NCBI RefSeq assembly: GCF_037042905.1
Contig: NC_087250.1
Coordinates: 15,626,001-15,690,000 of the forward strand
Direction of reading: 5' to 3'
Length of the DNA: 64,000 nucleotides
Source: Lytechinus pictus
Taxonomy: Eukaryota
The position numbers and the translations under genes are program-made. Positions 12,827-27,100 of the stretch are shown here, one piece after another. The notes beneath the pieces were generated by a model, which did no database searches, was not told where the DNA came from, and worked only from the letters and a program-made list of their open reading frames with translations. Position 1 is the stretch's first letter; each line of letters starts with the position of its first letter.

Positions 12827-13070
12827 GGGGCATCATGGTCTAGGGATTATTCCTCTCGTCTTTCAATCTGAAGGATGAGGGTGTGATTCCTAGCCGTGGT
12901 GTGATTTCCTTTAGCAAGAAACGAAGCTGAGTTGAATGGGTACTCGGAAGAAATTCCTTGAATGCTTGGGCGCCAAGGTAGCCGAGCTAAAGCCGGGGTA
13001 ATACTAATAGGAGGGCCCGTTTTGGGGAACTGAAGTGGCTACACTGGGAAAATATACCTCTATTATTATA
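12827..13070 (+). mobile_element. tRNA-derived SINE, degenerate
   Basis: ggggcatcatggtctag head shared with the 4567 copy. Confidence 0.65.
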
Positions 13071-13489
13071 AATTGAACCTTAGTTCAGAATAAGGGCCAA
13101 TAACCTGATTAACCTCATCTTTGATTCTAATGTGGCATAATTATAAATATCAGGACCCAAGCGTGTGACAGAAGAAACTCATTGATTTCTGCTGTTGAAC
13201 AACTTTTTGTCATTTACATTATGCAAAGTCTAACTTTTGTTCTAGGTTTCCCATGGAAGGGTTATGACTGCTAAGGAATACAAATCTTACCTATTCACTT
13301 GAGATTGTAATAGGATGAGGGAATGTCTGAACGATTAATTTCCATAAACGAGTATTGCGACTTGAGTTATGCAAATATTGTTTCTTGTAAATCTTTACTT
13401 CAAATGCATCCTAGAGTACTGAACATCGAGATAAAAAAAAATGGATAGAGCAAAAACATGCTCTTTTGAGGCCCAAAAAAAACACTTAA

Positions 13490-13981
13490 AGGAAAGTCAC
13501 CCTGAAGAAAAGTTTGTTGTAAAAATAGCAGAAAAAATAATAAAAATATTGAAGGTTTAATGAAAATCTGTTCAAAAGCAAGATTAAGAAAGTTAATAGA
13601 ATTTTAAGTGTTAGATTTGTGATGTCATAAACGAGCAGGTGCCCCAAATGTTATGTAATGCTAAATGCATGATTTTCAATTTTTTAATGCTTCCATTCCT
13701 GATGACTATTTTGTTTTCTTTTCATGATCGGGAATGATTTGTCTATTGATATAAAAAAGGTACAGTGAAAACCATTGTCAATTTTCTGAGAAAATTACAT
13801 TTGATTGATTTTTTACCATTCACTATGTAGGAATGCTGCTCGCATATGACGTCACAAATCAAATAATTAAAATTCTAATAACTTTTTTTATTCTTTTATG
13901 GATTTATCTCAAACCTTCAGCAATTTTTTTTCTTTTTCTGCTATTTTAACATTAAATTTTTTGTCAGGGTAAACTTCCCTT
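13490..13981. mobile_element. TTAA-flanked MITE, Kolobok-like (inverted relative at about 33585-34062)
   Basis: ttaa-aggaaagtcaccctga ... tcagggtaaacttccct-tttaa with long TIRs. Confidence 0.7.
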
Positions 13982-15649
13982 TTAAAGGTGCAGTACTCCA
14001 AAAGGTCAAGTGCGCACACAAATCAGACATTTTCTGTGCATGCCATTTCTTACTAGCCCCATATACTGTTCATTGTGTCATGTAGTAGTTATCCCGTAGC
14101 TTCAAGGCTAAGTGTGCGGTAGCATACAAGCTCCATCCTTTTTTTTTATATTCAAGTTACTGAAGCAATGAAATCACAATTTTTTTTAGCATTCCAGTGT
14201 TTGTCTCAGCGGAGCAAGATGAAACACATCCACAATCCAAATTTGATGGGAATCGGTCCTTGGGAGCCCAAAGAGTGACCGAAAGAATACATGGTGGCCG
14301 TTTCATAAAGCTGTTCATAAGGTTCAAGCCACTTAACAATTGACTTTTGTGGTAAATGATATACACTAGATTTGCAGAAGTGTTGATCAGTGTAGTTCCT
14401 AAACAGGATCGCCAGTCTTTTGGTAAAGTTGCTCATAACTTAGAAACAGCTTTATGAAACACCCAACTGGCCCCATTGAAATGAGTATGAATTGGCCTGG
14501 AGCGGATTTTGCATGAATGGGTCTTTGCAATGACTGTCTTTTGCATTATGCTGCGCTGTATGAGACACTTTTACAATGAATTACCCGTTTCATGCTTTCG
14601 TTAAATTAAATAAAACGATTGATATACATGTAGTCATGGTGTAAGGTTTTATGTAATTCTATAAAATTGAGTTAAAAGTGAGCTAAATGGTTTAAATTGT
14701 TTAATTTCTAAAATGCCCCTCATAGAGTGGACCATAATAATGGGCACCATGAAAGAAAGTCCTTGCAAAGATCCTCTCGTGCAATCGGTCCCTGGTTCCC
14801 AAACAGGGCCCAGTCTTACACAGACTTGCGATTGATCCCATCAACCACAACTATGGACGGCCAGCAACGTCAACATCTAAAATGCATGTACAAAATATTT
14901 TCTCGATATGATGTATATTCATACTTTCATTGCTTTCTTGAAGATTCAGTGCAATTCTTTGTTTACTAAGGAGATTGTCCAAATTTCCCGTAGAAAAAAT
15001 TATGGTATGGATGGATTTCCATACAGTTGAGATTGAGTGGATCAATTGTAACTCTTTGTAAGACGGGGGCCCAGAGTTTGAATTAAACCCCGAGTTCAGA
15101 AAACAAGCCTTTGACTTTAGTTTAAAGTGTGCTTAACCCCCAAACTTGACACACTACATTTATCTTCTTCATCTTTCATTATTCTGTTTAATAGTTCTAT
15201 TGAGTATGTGAATAGAGTCCTAAAGCGTGACATCCTTTTGAAATATTAATTTCAATGTTTGCTATAATAACGACTATTACTTCAGTTAAAATAGCATGAT
15301 ATAAAAGAATAAACAAAATCAAAATAAACATTGCAGCAATAAGTGTGATTATTTTTTCTGTGCAACTGTACATGTATGTGTAATTGAGTACATGAATTTT
15401 AGAATCGCCCATGATGTCCATAATGGCTCAATTCAAGGAAAACTAGAAAATGAATTGTTTTTTATGCTAGTCCAACAAAGAGTTTGAGTCATTTTTTTCA
15501 TTCATTTCTGGTACTACTAGGTGGAATTTCAAGATGTAAATTACACACAAGTTGAGCTCATGTCTCAGTATAAACAGTATCCCATATTTATCTCAATTAA
15601 GCCAAGAAATGGACTTTGGTCATTTGATAAATCTCCTTTATTATACTAC

Positions 15650-15907
15650 TACTAATAATATAGGATTTGTATAGTGCACGTATCCACCTTGCTAGGTGCT
15701 CCTATATTACCTTGGCTGTTTTAGTCTACCGATTCCTGTGCGCACAGCTTTTTGAGGTATTACTTCCTGCCGGCACCCATTTACCTCGCCTGGGTTGAGT
15801 GCAGCAAGATGTGGGTAAATTTCTTGCTGAAGGAAAATACGCCATGGTTTGGAATCGAACCCACGTTCTTCGCATTGAAATCTTAACCACTAGACCACGA
15901 TGCCCCC
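15650..15907 (-). mobile_element. tRNA-derived SINE
   Basis: Ends accactagaccacgatgcccc; same family as 4815-5067. Confidence 0.75.
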
Positions 15908-18539
15908 TTATACATCTGAAGGGAGATTACAGTTCACAAATATCAGTGAAAGAAATGCTTGTCAATACTTCTCATTACAACCAGTGATATGAATGAATTT
16001 ATTCATTAATGCAATAATAACCATTTTACAAGTTTACAGCAAATCAGTTATGAATACATAGAAAAGCAAGGATAACGGGGCCAAGAAAATAGCATGAATG
16101 CTAGTCAAGTCTAGCCCCTTGTAGTTTAAGCAGATAATCTACTGAATATATAAACAGTGCCTACATAACAATTAAAAAAAAATTAAGTGTTTACATATGA
16201 AAAATATATAAATGATAACAAATATCCCATATAGATGATAACACAATTCAGTTTTCCAACAGATGTTCAACAACAGTTTTATGAAAACTTGACCTTGATA
16301 TGCAGCCTAATAGAAAGAGAGAGGGCGACAGAGCCTTCTTGATGGGTTGTGATGTCGGCATCACAATCTTTTTAATTCTTCAGGAATGTTAACATAGAAA
16401 ATATTGTAGAATCCCCCCTTGCTTTTGTATTTTTTCTCTCTAATTAAACATCTTGGATAAAACATTGGCATGAAAATGAAATACATGTATATCAGATTTC
16501 AGTACCAGAGTCAACCCATTATGGGAGGGGGGGGGGGGGGAAGCGGGGTCGTATTGAAAAAAAAATGCAATGAGGGCGGGGGGAGGGAGGGTGAAGACTA
16601 GAAGACTAGAGCAACTAGAATTCCAATTCCTTAAAGATAAAGAAACACTGATACATCAATTTTTTTTTCCTCACATGCTTAACTCACAATTCACCCTAAC
16701 AAACAAGCAAATGACAAATTAAAATGAAATTAATCAGAATGTTCAATCATGTAGAACCTTACATGATTATTTTCATCTTTTTAAATAATGAAAATAATCC
16801 TATTCAATATCATATAAACAAGTAAAGCAATAGCCACAATATGCAAGAAACAAACAAACGAAGAGCTCAATTGCAAAAGGGGTTAGATCCATTTTTCATC
16901 TCTGATTTGTTTTGGTCTCAATGTATAGACTTTTAGTAGCTCTATTTATAAGATGATACCAAGAAAAGTTGAATTTCCCATTAAAAAGAGAACAAAAATG
17001 ACAAAGAAAAATCACTTAATTTTCAAAAGGGGTTAGATCCAAAAAGGACATTTTTGGAAAAGAATATTTAAAAAATATGAAGACAGGTAGATTTCTTTAA
17101 TACCCAATTATATGTTCACATGGCAGGGACGTACATCATGACAATTTAGTTTTTCATAAGAATATTGCAATATGGGAGAATGAAAAAACATAATTTTCTT
17201 GGAATGGTCCAAAGTGGATCTAACCCCTTTTGCAACCAAACTCAGATGAAGGGGGAGAGGAAGAAAGACAAAGTGAGAATGGGTTAAAGATAGCGAGAGA
17301 GAGAGAAGGTGGGATGAATACAATTATATCCTACATAAATTAAATCATGTGTGCGGATTGGTTTAGATAGCATCATGTAATCAAACATATTCTCACTATT
17401 TTGCGATGATGTCGAAAATGAAACGCCCACCAAAGGAAATGAGCTATTCCGTGATGTCAATGATGGAATAGTCGACTATTCCATCATTGGCGTCACAGAT
17501 CATGACGGCGCAAGCACTAATACGCATTCCGCGCGCTGAGCGCATGGCTTCAGGAAAAGTAGGTCAGTCAGCGCAGCAGGGTTATCTTGATTCAGATTAA
17601 AAAAGGATGAACTACGAGTACAAGAACTAGATTATCAAGATCTATGATTGCTCTAACTTATTAAAGTAGGATATAAAACAAATATGTCAGGCCTTTATTT
17701 CGAAAGTATAGAGGGAATTATTCATCCTCGGTTGTACTGGCAACATCACTATTTTCCCTCAGAAATATAGTAATGCCAGTCCAACCTCGGATGAATAATT
17801 CCCGCTATACTTACTCCAAGCCTGGTATATTTGCATATTATAATTTATGAGTTGAGTTGAGGAAGAGTGAAAATACTCTCATTTATTTCTATCAATAATA
17901 TATACATGTAAATGCGAACAAATATCATACATATACAAATGTAATCATGAAACATTAAGATGAGATTTTTTTTTTATAATAATGAAAGAAAAATGTGTCC
18001 CTTGGAACACCATACAACACACTCAAAGATTGTTTTATTTGAAATCTTGAAAAACCTTGAAAACTAAATAAAAAACTTGAAAAAACACACACATGCATGC
18101 ACAAGAGTTTCCATGACACTTCAAACACTATCCTAAGTTAGAGTGATCAATTTCATGATAAAACTTCTACAATATACTTTAAGTGCAATGTTAAACAGTC
18201 TGGCACAAATGTAAATGTGTACATGTAGTACGTTGTGTCTGCATTTAGCTTCATTGCATCAAATAAACACAGGAGCCTGTATTCTGAACTCGGGTTTAAA
18301 TCAAACCCTGGTTTAAAGTTGTGGTTTAACTATGGAGAGCCAATTGGGGCACCAATCCCTAACAGTAAACATCCAATTTATTATCTCATATGACAACCAT
18401 TGTCTGGGAATGAGAACAGAAGTATTTTTCATCATTATGAAAGCAAAAGCAAACAAAATAGTAAACACAAGAAATATACAATATAAAAAGAATGTTAGAA
18501 TTTTTGGCTCCCCATAATTTAAGCACAGACTTAGACCAT

Positions 18540-18629
18540 AATGAGACCTGAGATTCTTTTGACTCCACCTCTTCTTGCTAGACGGCGGATAGCAGGCTTC
18601 GTGATACCTTGGATGTTGTCTCGTAGAAC
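18540..18629 (-). pseudogene. H4: Histone H4 gene fragment (residues 21-50)
   Basis: Translates to [30 protein letters not shown]; no start codon and no remainder of the gene. Confidence 0.92.
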
Positions 18630-19105
18630 TGAGGCGCCCTCTTTATATTCTTTTAAATGTAGGCTGAAAATATTTCTTTTACAATCGTACGCTAGTGGGT
18701 AAGCGCCTTGCTCGAGTGACTATCATGTAGAACTCTTTATAATGTATTATTTTTCTACATTTGATTTATCTTGCTTCATTGCGTTAGGAATTTTTAATCC
18801 TTGATTATTTTCTTCTGGGAACCTTTATGTCTACAAGCTTTGCTTTTTAATAGGTTCCTCATATTTCACGATTTTGTATATCTTTGAAAAACACTGTACA
18901 ACTATGTATTTTTTGTCATCTTCTCATAATTATGTTCAAGATGTATGTTTTTGTGGAATGTGAAACAATAAATCAAATCAAATCAAATCAAATGGTTTAA
19001 GTTAAACCTGATTTAAGAATACGGGACATGGTTTGTTGCAAGAAAATATTTACAATCAATTGCTAATATTTTGTTCCAAGTTTGCAATGGATAGATCAAC
19101 TTTAA

Positions 19106-19686
19106 AGGGATGGTCTGGGCTGAAAGTATGTATAGCTTAATACATAGAGTAGAATTCACTGAGCAAAATGCTGAAAATTTCATCAAAATCGCATAACAAA
19201 TAATAAAGTTATTAAAGTTTAAAATTTAGCAATATTTTGTGAAAACAGTCGTCATGAATTAGGTGGGCTGATGATGTCACATCTCCACTTTCCGTTTTCT
19301 TTAATATGTTATTACATAAAATTATAATTTTTTCATTATTTCATACTTGTGCGAATAATATGTCTCCCTTATAATGAAATAAGTTGCAGCAATAAATATC
19401 TAATGCACTAAATCAGTTGTCAATCCAATTTTTCTAGTTCTTGGAGGAAAAAATTTGAATAAACTTAACTTCATATAATAAAATACAAAAGAACAAGTGG
19501 AGATGTGACATCATCAGCCCACCTAATGAATATTCACAACGACTGTTTTCACAACATATTGCTAAACTTTAAAATTCAATAACTTTGTTATTTGTAAGTC
19601 CGATTTTGATGAAATTTTCGGCATTTTGCTCAGTGAATACTTCTCTATTTATTAAGCTATGCATACTTTCAGCCCGGACCATCCCT
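19106..19686. mobile_element. TTAA-flanked MITE with long TIRs, Kolobok-like
   Basis: ttaa-agggatggtc.gggctgaaa ... tttcagcccggaccatccct-ttaa; copies at 47255-47772 and 62736-63317. Confidence 0.85.
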
Positions 19687-19847
19687 TTAAATGTGGCAAA
19701 TCAGATTACAATCAATCATATCAACAATTATTTTCAAAACTTATGATGTAGGGACCGAAAATAGGTCGCAAGTTTCTTGCAATGCCCGAATAGTCAAACA
19801 AGTTCGGTTGACGTTCCAAAGTATCACTTTATCATTTTGACGAAGTC

Positions 19848-20041
19848 TCATAGTTCATCATGGTGGTCCGCTGTTGGGACGTTGTCCTCAATACTCCGCT
19901 TACGCCTACGTTTATATTTATTGGATCGGATAGTAGTCTGCGCCCACCGGTGGCCGTCCATGGTACTGGGGACAAAGGATACCCTTCCGTTGACTTGACC
20001 ATCGAAGCCATAGCGACCCTGGTCCTTTATAATAGATGCTC
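19848..20041 (-). CDS. Terminal coding exon ending [21 protein letters not shown]
   Basis: ctaatcttacag acceptor; (G)[23 protein letters not shown] completes the jelly-roll tail motif (Y.MDE..G....D....G.DG...G); phase 1 matches the upstream exon. Confidence 0.8.
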
Positions 20042-21084
20042 CTGTAAGATTAGAGGAAAAAGAGTGGTTTATAATAAGTTCTTGTATAGTGCATAACACA
20101 TTATAAATAACGACTCTATGCGCTTCCAAAGGACTTGGATATTATTACCTCGGCTGTAGCTCAAGCAGCTAGCTTCCAGCGCTCAGCATTTCAAGGAATA
20201 AATTCCTGCCAGGTACCCATTCACCTCACCTGGGTTGAGTGCAGCACAATGTGGATAAATGTCTTGCTGAAGGAAACTACGCCATGGCTGGGATTTGAAC
20301 CCACGAACCTCTGTTTCAAAGTCCGGAGACTAATCCACTGGGCCACAATGCTTTATATGTCTATTCATTTCATTATTTCAATACAAGGAAAAGATATATT
20401 TCAGTTTAAAAAAAAAAATGTTTTTCAGCTTTCCTGTGTACATACACATACCTTTTACAATATAGAAATATGTAATAATATAAATGAATATTCAATAGCT
20501 GGATTTATATAGCACTTTTTGCCAGAGGATTCAAAGCTCCAACATGCCATGGCTGGGAATCAAACTCATGTCCCTAAGACTGAAAGACAAGAGTCATAAC
20601 CACTAGACCACACCTCCCCCAAATATAATATATATATATATATACATAAAATAACCACAAATGGTTTAGTAAATGCCGTAGAAATAAAATCGTACATTAT
20701 AAAAGGAGCGTAGCTCTCAAAAATGAAAGGTAAAGTCAAGCTCTTCGTCAGTGATGAAGAGTGTGACTTTACCTTTCATCTTTTTAGAGCAACGCTCCTT
20801 TTAAAATCTATGATTTTATTTCTACAGCATTTACTAAACCATCTGTGATTATTTTATTCCATATGCTGAAGTAGACTTTTTCTATCCTTGTATACAGAGT
20901 GCTTGATGTCCTTTCCAGGAAGAGCTTTGAATAATAATACAAGTTCACAAAGTTAACTGTAGGTTCATTAGATTTATTGCTACTCAGAGTTTCATGCAAC
21001 CTACGTGAGGTGCAATCATCAGGCAACTAAATATGTGTGTGTGTGCGTATATGTAAGTATATATATATATATACATGTATATAT

Positions 21085-21137
<53 letters not shown>

Positions 21138-24100
21138 CACGAAATGGGTTTTATTTCGTGTTAGAAAATTATATTTGGTTGATTTATAATGATTTTGTCG
21201 TAGCTGGTGATATTACATGCATGTTTCTACACTAATAATGACGTCGATAAGAACATGAAAGTTATGCATGTTTTGAACCGTTTTTGTGGAATAACAATTT
21301 CCTGGAGATGTTTAACTGATTATTGTGGTTATCACTAGCTTGATCTAAATAAATGCTTTAATTTGGAGAGCAAAGTTATAGCTGTTCTAAGATTGTAACA
21401 GAGGTTAACTATAACAGATATTGTATAATTAATGCATAAATACAGTAAGTTGATGTACTCGTGAGGCTTTGCCTATAATTTGTTGAAATACGGCGCCCAC
21501 GGGGTGCATTGCACGTAAAGTATGCAAATTGATTTGGATTCGCTATCCAATAAATAAAGTTGGTGGATGCGATCGAAATGATTTATATGATCGTTCGCAT
21601 GTCATTCCACGGGGAAACCTAGGATGGATTTCTAGTCCTAGGCGACGACTGTGGTTAGATTTCCTTGTGTGTTGGGTCTTTTGCACGCCAGCAAGAGACT
21701 ATACCAGGGCTTGCTCTTTTGGTAGTCTGGTTCGTCTGGAGACGGACGGTTCGGAGTCTGGAGTAGACGGCTGGTGGTCCGGAGCAGACGGGTTGGTCTG
21801 AAGCGGATGGTTGCTGGTCTGAAGCAGACGGTCGGAGGTCTGGAGCAGACAACAGGAAAACTACAAGTAGAGCAGAGCCAATGGGTGTGGTCGTGAGAGC
21901 CTGACTGCAGAAGGACCCATACATATGGTCGAAGAACCAGACGTAGTTTCCAGTACTGAACAGACGTGGTTGCAGTACTGAACAGACGGTGTTGCAGTAC
22001 GGTATCAGACGTGCATGGTTGCTGTACTGAACAGACCTGGTTGCAGTACGGGATCAGACGTGGTTGCAGTACGGAGCAGACGTGGTCGCTGTACTGAACA
22101 GACGTAGTAATTGGTCGTAAGCAGACGACCGAGGAAATTACCAGAGTCCATAGGTATGGTCGTGGGAGCTTGACTACGGAGAAACCCATACCTATGGTCG
22201 AGATAGCTTAACTACAGGAATCAGATGCATATGGTCGAGAGGGCTTAACTACACAAGCTAGATGCATATGGTCGGGTGAGCTGTTGGAGCTGACAACAAA
22301 GAGTGTAGCCGTCTGGAGGTTGCCTGGTGGTGGTACTGACAGGATCGAGGCGTGTGCAAGTGTCAACTGCGGCAGTATATCTCTGCCAAACGGATCCGCG
22401 ACTAAAAGTTTGGAAATCGACGTGGCAAAGACACCCGCCGGCGGCAGGCATCCTGACAAGAGCGAGCTGCCGGCGGACCACCCAACAACCCCGCACAGCG
22501 ATTCCGTCACAATATATTGTCACGAAATAGGTTTTATTTCGTGTTAGAAAATAATCTTTGGTTGATTTATAATGTTTTTGTAGTAGCTGGTGATATTACA
22601 TGCGTGTTTCTACACTAATAATGACGTAGATAAGAACATGAAAGTTATGCATGTTTTGAACCGTTTTTGTGGAATAACAATTTCCTGGAGATGTTTAACT
22701 GATTATTGTGGTTATCACTAGCTTGGTCTAGATAAATGCTTTAAGTTGATATGTCATTCATGCATATCCAGTTTTAGAGAGCAAAGTTATAGCTGTTCTA
22801 AGATTGTAACAGAGGTTAACTATAACAGATATTGTATAATTAATGCATAAGTACAGTAAGTTGGTGTATTCGTGAGGCTTCGCCGATGATCTGTTAAAAT
22901 ACAGCGCCCACGGGGTGCATTGCACGTAAAGTATGCAGATCGATTTGGATTCGCTATCCAATAAATAAAGTTGGTGGATGCGATCGAAATGATTCATATG
23001 ATCGTTCGCATGTCTTTCCACGGAGAAACCTAGGATGGATTTCTAGTCCTAGGCGACGACTGTGTTTAGATTTCCTTGTGTGTTGGGTCTTTTGCACGCC
23101 AGCAAGAGACTATACCAGGGCTTGCTCTTTTGGTAGTCTGGTTGGTCTGGAGGCGGACGGTTCGGAGTCTGGAGTAGACGGCTGGTGGTCCGGAGCAGAC
23201 GGGTTGGTCTGAAGCGGATGGTTGCTGGTCTGAAGCAGACGGTCGGAGGTCTGGAGCAGACAACAGGAAAACTACAAGTAGAGCAGAGCCAATGGGTGTG
23301 GTCGTGAGAGCCTGACTGCAGAAGGACCCATACATATGGTCGAAGAACCAGACGTAGTTTCCGGTACTGAACCGACGTGGTTGCAGTACGGAATCAGACG
23401 TGCATGGTTACGGTACTGAACAGACGTGGTTGCAGTACGGAATCAGACGTGCATGGTTGCTGTACTGAACAGACCTGGTTGCAGTACGGGATCAGACGTG
23501 GTTGCAGTACGGAGCAGACGTGGTCGCTGTACTGAACAGACGTAGTAATTGGTCGTAAGCAGACGACCAAGGAAATTACCAGAGTCCATAGGTATGGTCG
23601 TGGGAGCTTGACTACGGAGAAACCCATACCTATGGTCGAGATAGCTTAACTACAGGAATCAGATGCATATGGTCGAGAGAGCTTAACTACACAAGCTAGA
23701 TGCATATGGTCGGGTGAACTGTTGGAGCTGACAACAAAGAGTGTAGCCGTCTGGATGTTGCCTGGTGGTGGTACTGACAGGATCGAGGCGTGTGCAAGTG
23801 TCAACTGCAGCAGTATATCTCTGCCAAACGGATCCGCGACTTAAAGTTTGGAAATCGACGTGGCAAAAGCACCCGCCGGCGGCAGGCATCCTGACAAGAG
23901 CGAGCTGCCGGCGGACCACCCAACCACCCCGCCCAGCGATTTCCGTCACAAGTGGTGTCAGAAGTGGGATCCAGTGACAATGGCACAACAAGGAAATATA
24001 CAGTATCGACCGACGCCAGGAGAAATGATGGCGCACTTGGAAAGAAGCATGACAGAAATTGACCAAAGGATGGAGCAGTTAAGATTGTCCATAAGACAAA

Positions 24101-27100
24101 CACCCGGTGCAGAATCAAGTGGACAAGATATTCCCCCAACTATGAGTGGACAAGCGGACAGAGAACCAAGGTATGACTCACAGAGGGAAGGGGCACAGCA
24201 GGCTGGATTCAGCTCAACGTCCAGAGAGCAGATGAGACGACCGTCTACTGCGAGACCCGGTGTTCATTTTACACCCCCACAGTTTTCCCCACATATTCAG
24301 GATGCGGGGATGGCAAATTTTGATGCTATGATTGGCAGACGACCACATCTGGTACCGGACAGATTTGATGAACGCACACCTGTCGAAGATTATTTGCATC
24401 ACTTTGAGGCCTGTGCTGGAGTAAATGGATGGACAAAAAGGGAAGCAGTTCAGTTTCTTGCTGCAAGTCTGAGGGGCCCTGCTGTGAAGTTGTTGACCCA
24501 ACAACCTGGAGTGGTGTTGACATACGACGAGTTGGTATACAGGCTCAGAAACAGGTTTGGCCTAGGAGGCAAAGCTGAGGTATACCTGGCGGAGTTGAGG
24601 CAACGTCGTCGCCAACCAAAGGAAAGTCTCCAGGAGTTAGGACAAAGAATACGGGAGCTGTGTTGATTGGCGTATCCCGAATTCGACGAAAAGGGGCAGG
24701 ATTGGCTTGCCCGAGGGCATTTCCTAGATGCCGTAGTAACACCAGAAATAAGAGAAGGATTATTCCGTGCTCAACCTCGCACATTGGATGATGCTGTGGA
24801 AGCTGCTTTAAACACAGAGGCCTTTCTGAGAATGGAGGGTCAGAGGAACGAAGTAAAGCGGGCTACAAGGTACAGCCGAGCTCTGGAAGAGCAAGAGTGT
24901 GAGGTTGTAGCAGTGCGGGAACATCAATCAAGGAATCCAACTATCGACAAGATAGTAAAGGCTGTCATAGACGCCTTGGATGAAAGAGACAGGACAAAGG
25001 AAACACAAATCAGGACCAAGTATCAGGAATCAAGAAAAGATGGCGTAGAGCCACAAAGAAAAAGAGAGGAACCAAATAAATCAAAGATTGATGAACAAGA
25101 GGAACAAAGATGTTTCAACTGCAATGGATTGGGGCATTGGAGGAAGAACTGCCCATATCCAAAGAAAATGAAAGGAGGAACAGCAGCTTTTCAAGTATCC
25201 GAAAGGGAAATGATGAGCGAAATAAAAGAGAAAGATGAACAAATCAGAGTCGGAACGACTCTAGATGGACAAGAGAAAAGAGGAACAGAGGAACAAACAA
25301 GAGTCGGAGCGACTCCAGATGGACAAGAGGAAAGAGGAACAAAAGAACAAGAAAAAGAGGAACAAACCAGAGTCGGAGCGACTCTAGATATCAAGAGAAA
25401 AGGGCTTTACCTTCAAGGCAGAGTAAATGGACAAGAATTAAAATTACTGGTCGACACTGGAGCTACCAACACTCTCATTGGAGAGAACGTGTTTGACCAG
25501 ATAGAGGAAATCAGAAAACCAGAATTACTACCAGTGACAAGTGTTGTACTACAAGCAGATGGATCTCAATTGAGAATCAGAGGAAAGTCAATGCTGGAAG
25601 TGCAGATTGGAGATATAGTCGTCACTACAATGGCTCCAGTGGCAAGTCTAAAGAATGAGGGCATTTTAGGGCTAGATTTCCTAGTCAAAATCAATGCTGT
25701 ATTAGACTGCCAAAAGATGGAATTGAGGACCAACTATGGCATAATTCCATGCCTAGATAGTAACGGAGAATCATTCTGCAGGAGGATAGTAGCGGGAGAA
25801 GATTATTCGATTCCCCCAGGACACGAGATGGTATTAGCAGAGGAAAGAAATAGACGAGCAAGTAAAGAATCTACTAGCTCAGGGCCTGATTGAGCCAGTG
25901 ACCAGCCCATGGGCATCCAACATCGTACTGGTCAAAAAGAAAGATGGCAGCCAAAGATTGTGTGTTGACTACCGTCAACTCAATGCGGAGACGATTAAAG
26001 ATGCCTACCCGCTGCCAAGAATTGATGACACACTAGATTCACTTGCAGGAGCACAATGGTTCTCAACCTTAGATCTTGCAAGTGGCTACTGGCAAGTTGA
26101 ACTAACTGAAGATGCCAAACAGAAATCGGCGTTTATTGCCAATGGCGCCCTCTACTCCTGGAAAGTAATGCCCTTTGGGTTATCAAACGCACCTGCAACC
26201 TTTAGCAGATTGATGGATCGTGTGTTAGCTGGACTCAAATGGGATACACTACTTGTATATCTTGACGATGTGATAGTTCATGCCAAGTCCGTGGAAGCTG
26301 AACTGGAACGACTGAGAGTGGTATTTCAGAGATTACGCCAAGCAGGCCTCAAGGTGAAGCCATCAAAATGTCACTTATTCCACACCAGCGTCCATTTCCT
26401 GGGACATGTGGTTTCAGCAGAAGGAGTAGCAACAGAACCGGACAAATTGGAAGCTGTTCAGAGGTGGCCAGAACCTACCATGGTTGGAGAAGTTAGAAGC
26501 TTTCTAGGCCTGGTATCTTACTATAGGCGTTTCATCAGAAACTTCTCTAACATCGCAAGACCACTACAAGAACTTACTGAAAAGAACCATAAGTTCGAAT
26601 GGACAGATCAATGTCGGGCTTCATTCCAAGAGCTCAAGGAACGGTTAGTGTCACCGCCTATTCTTGCTTATCCACAGCCAGAGGGACAGTTTGTACTGGA
26701 CACGGACGCAAGTGATTATGCAGCTGGTGCAGTGTTATCCCAAATCCAGGATGGCGAGGAAAATGTTATCGCCTATGGCAGCAAGACTTTCAACAAGCCA
26801 GAGAGAAACTATTGTGTTACACGGAAGGAACTCTTGGCCATTGTAATGTTCCTAAAACAATTCAGACCATACCTATATGGAAGACCAGTCCGGGTTCGAA
26901 CAGACCATGGCTCTCTCCGCTGGTTAACCAAGTTCAAAGACCCTAAAGGACAGATGGCCAGATGGATGGAGATAATTTCAGAATTTGACATCGAAATCCA
27001 GCATCGAGAAGGTCGTAAACATGGTAACGCAGACGGTATGTCAAGACGACCATGTCGACAGTGTGGACGAACTAATGACGACATTCAGGAACAGGTACAA

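Noticed and set aside
20808..21026. Possible extra exon of the thrombospondin-like gene
   Set aside because: No domain motif, and exons 31703 and 20041 already join in phase to a continuous motif.
21529..23627. Antisense and sense ORFs in the LTRs
   Set aside because: They derive from LTR tandem motifs, differ in frame between LTR copies and show no recognisable domain.
24664..24666. Programmed stop-codon readthrough
   Set aside because: The stop lies mid-capsid before the zinc knuckle, not at a gag-pol boundary; a CGA>TGA mutation is simpler.
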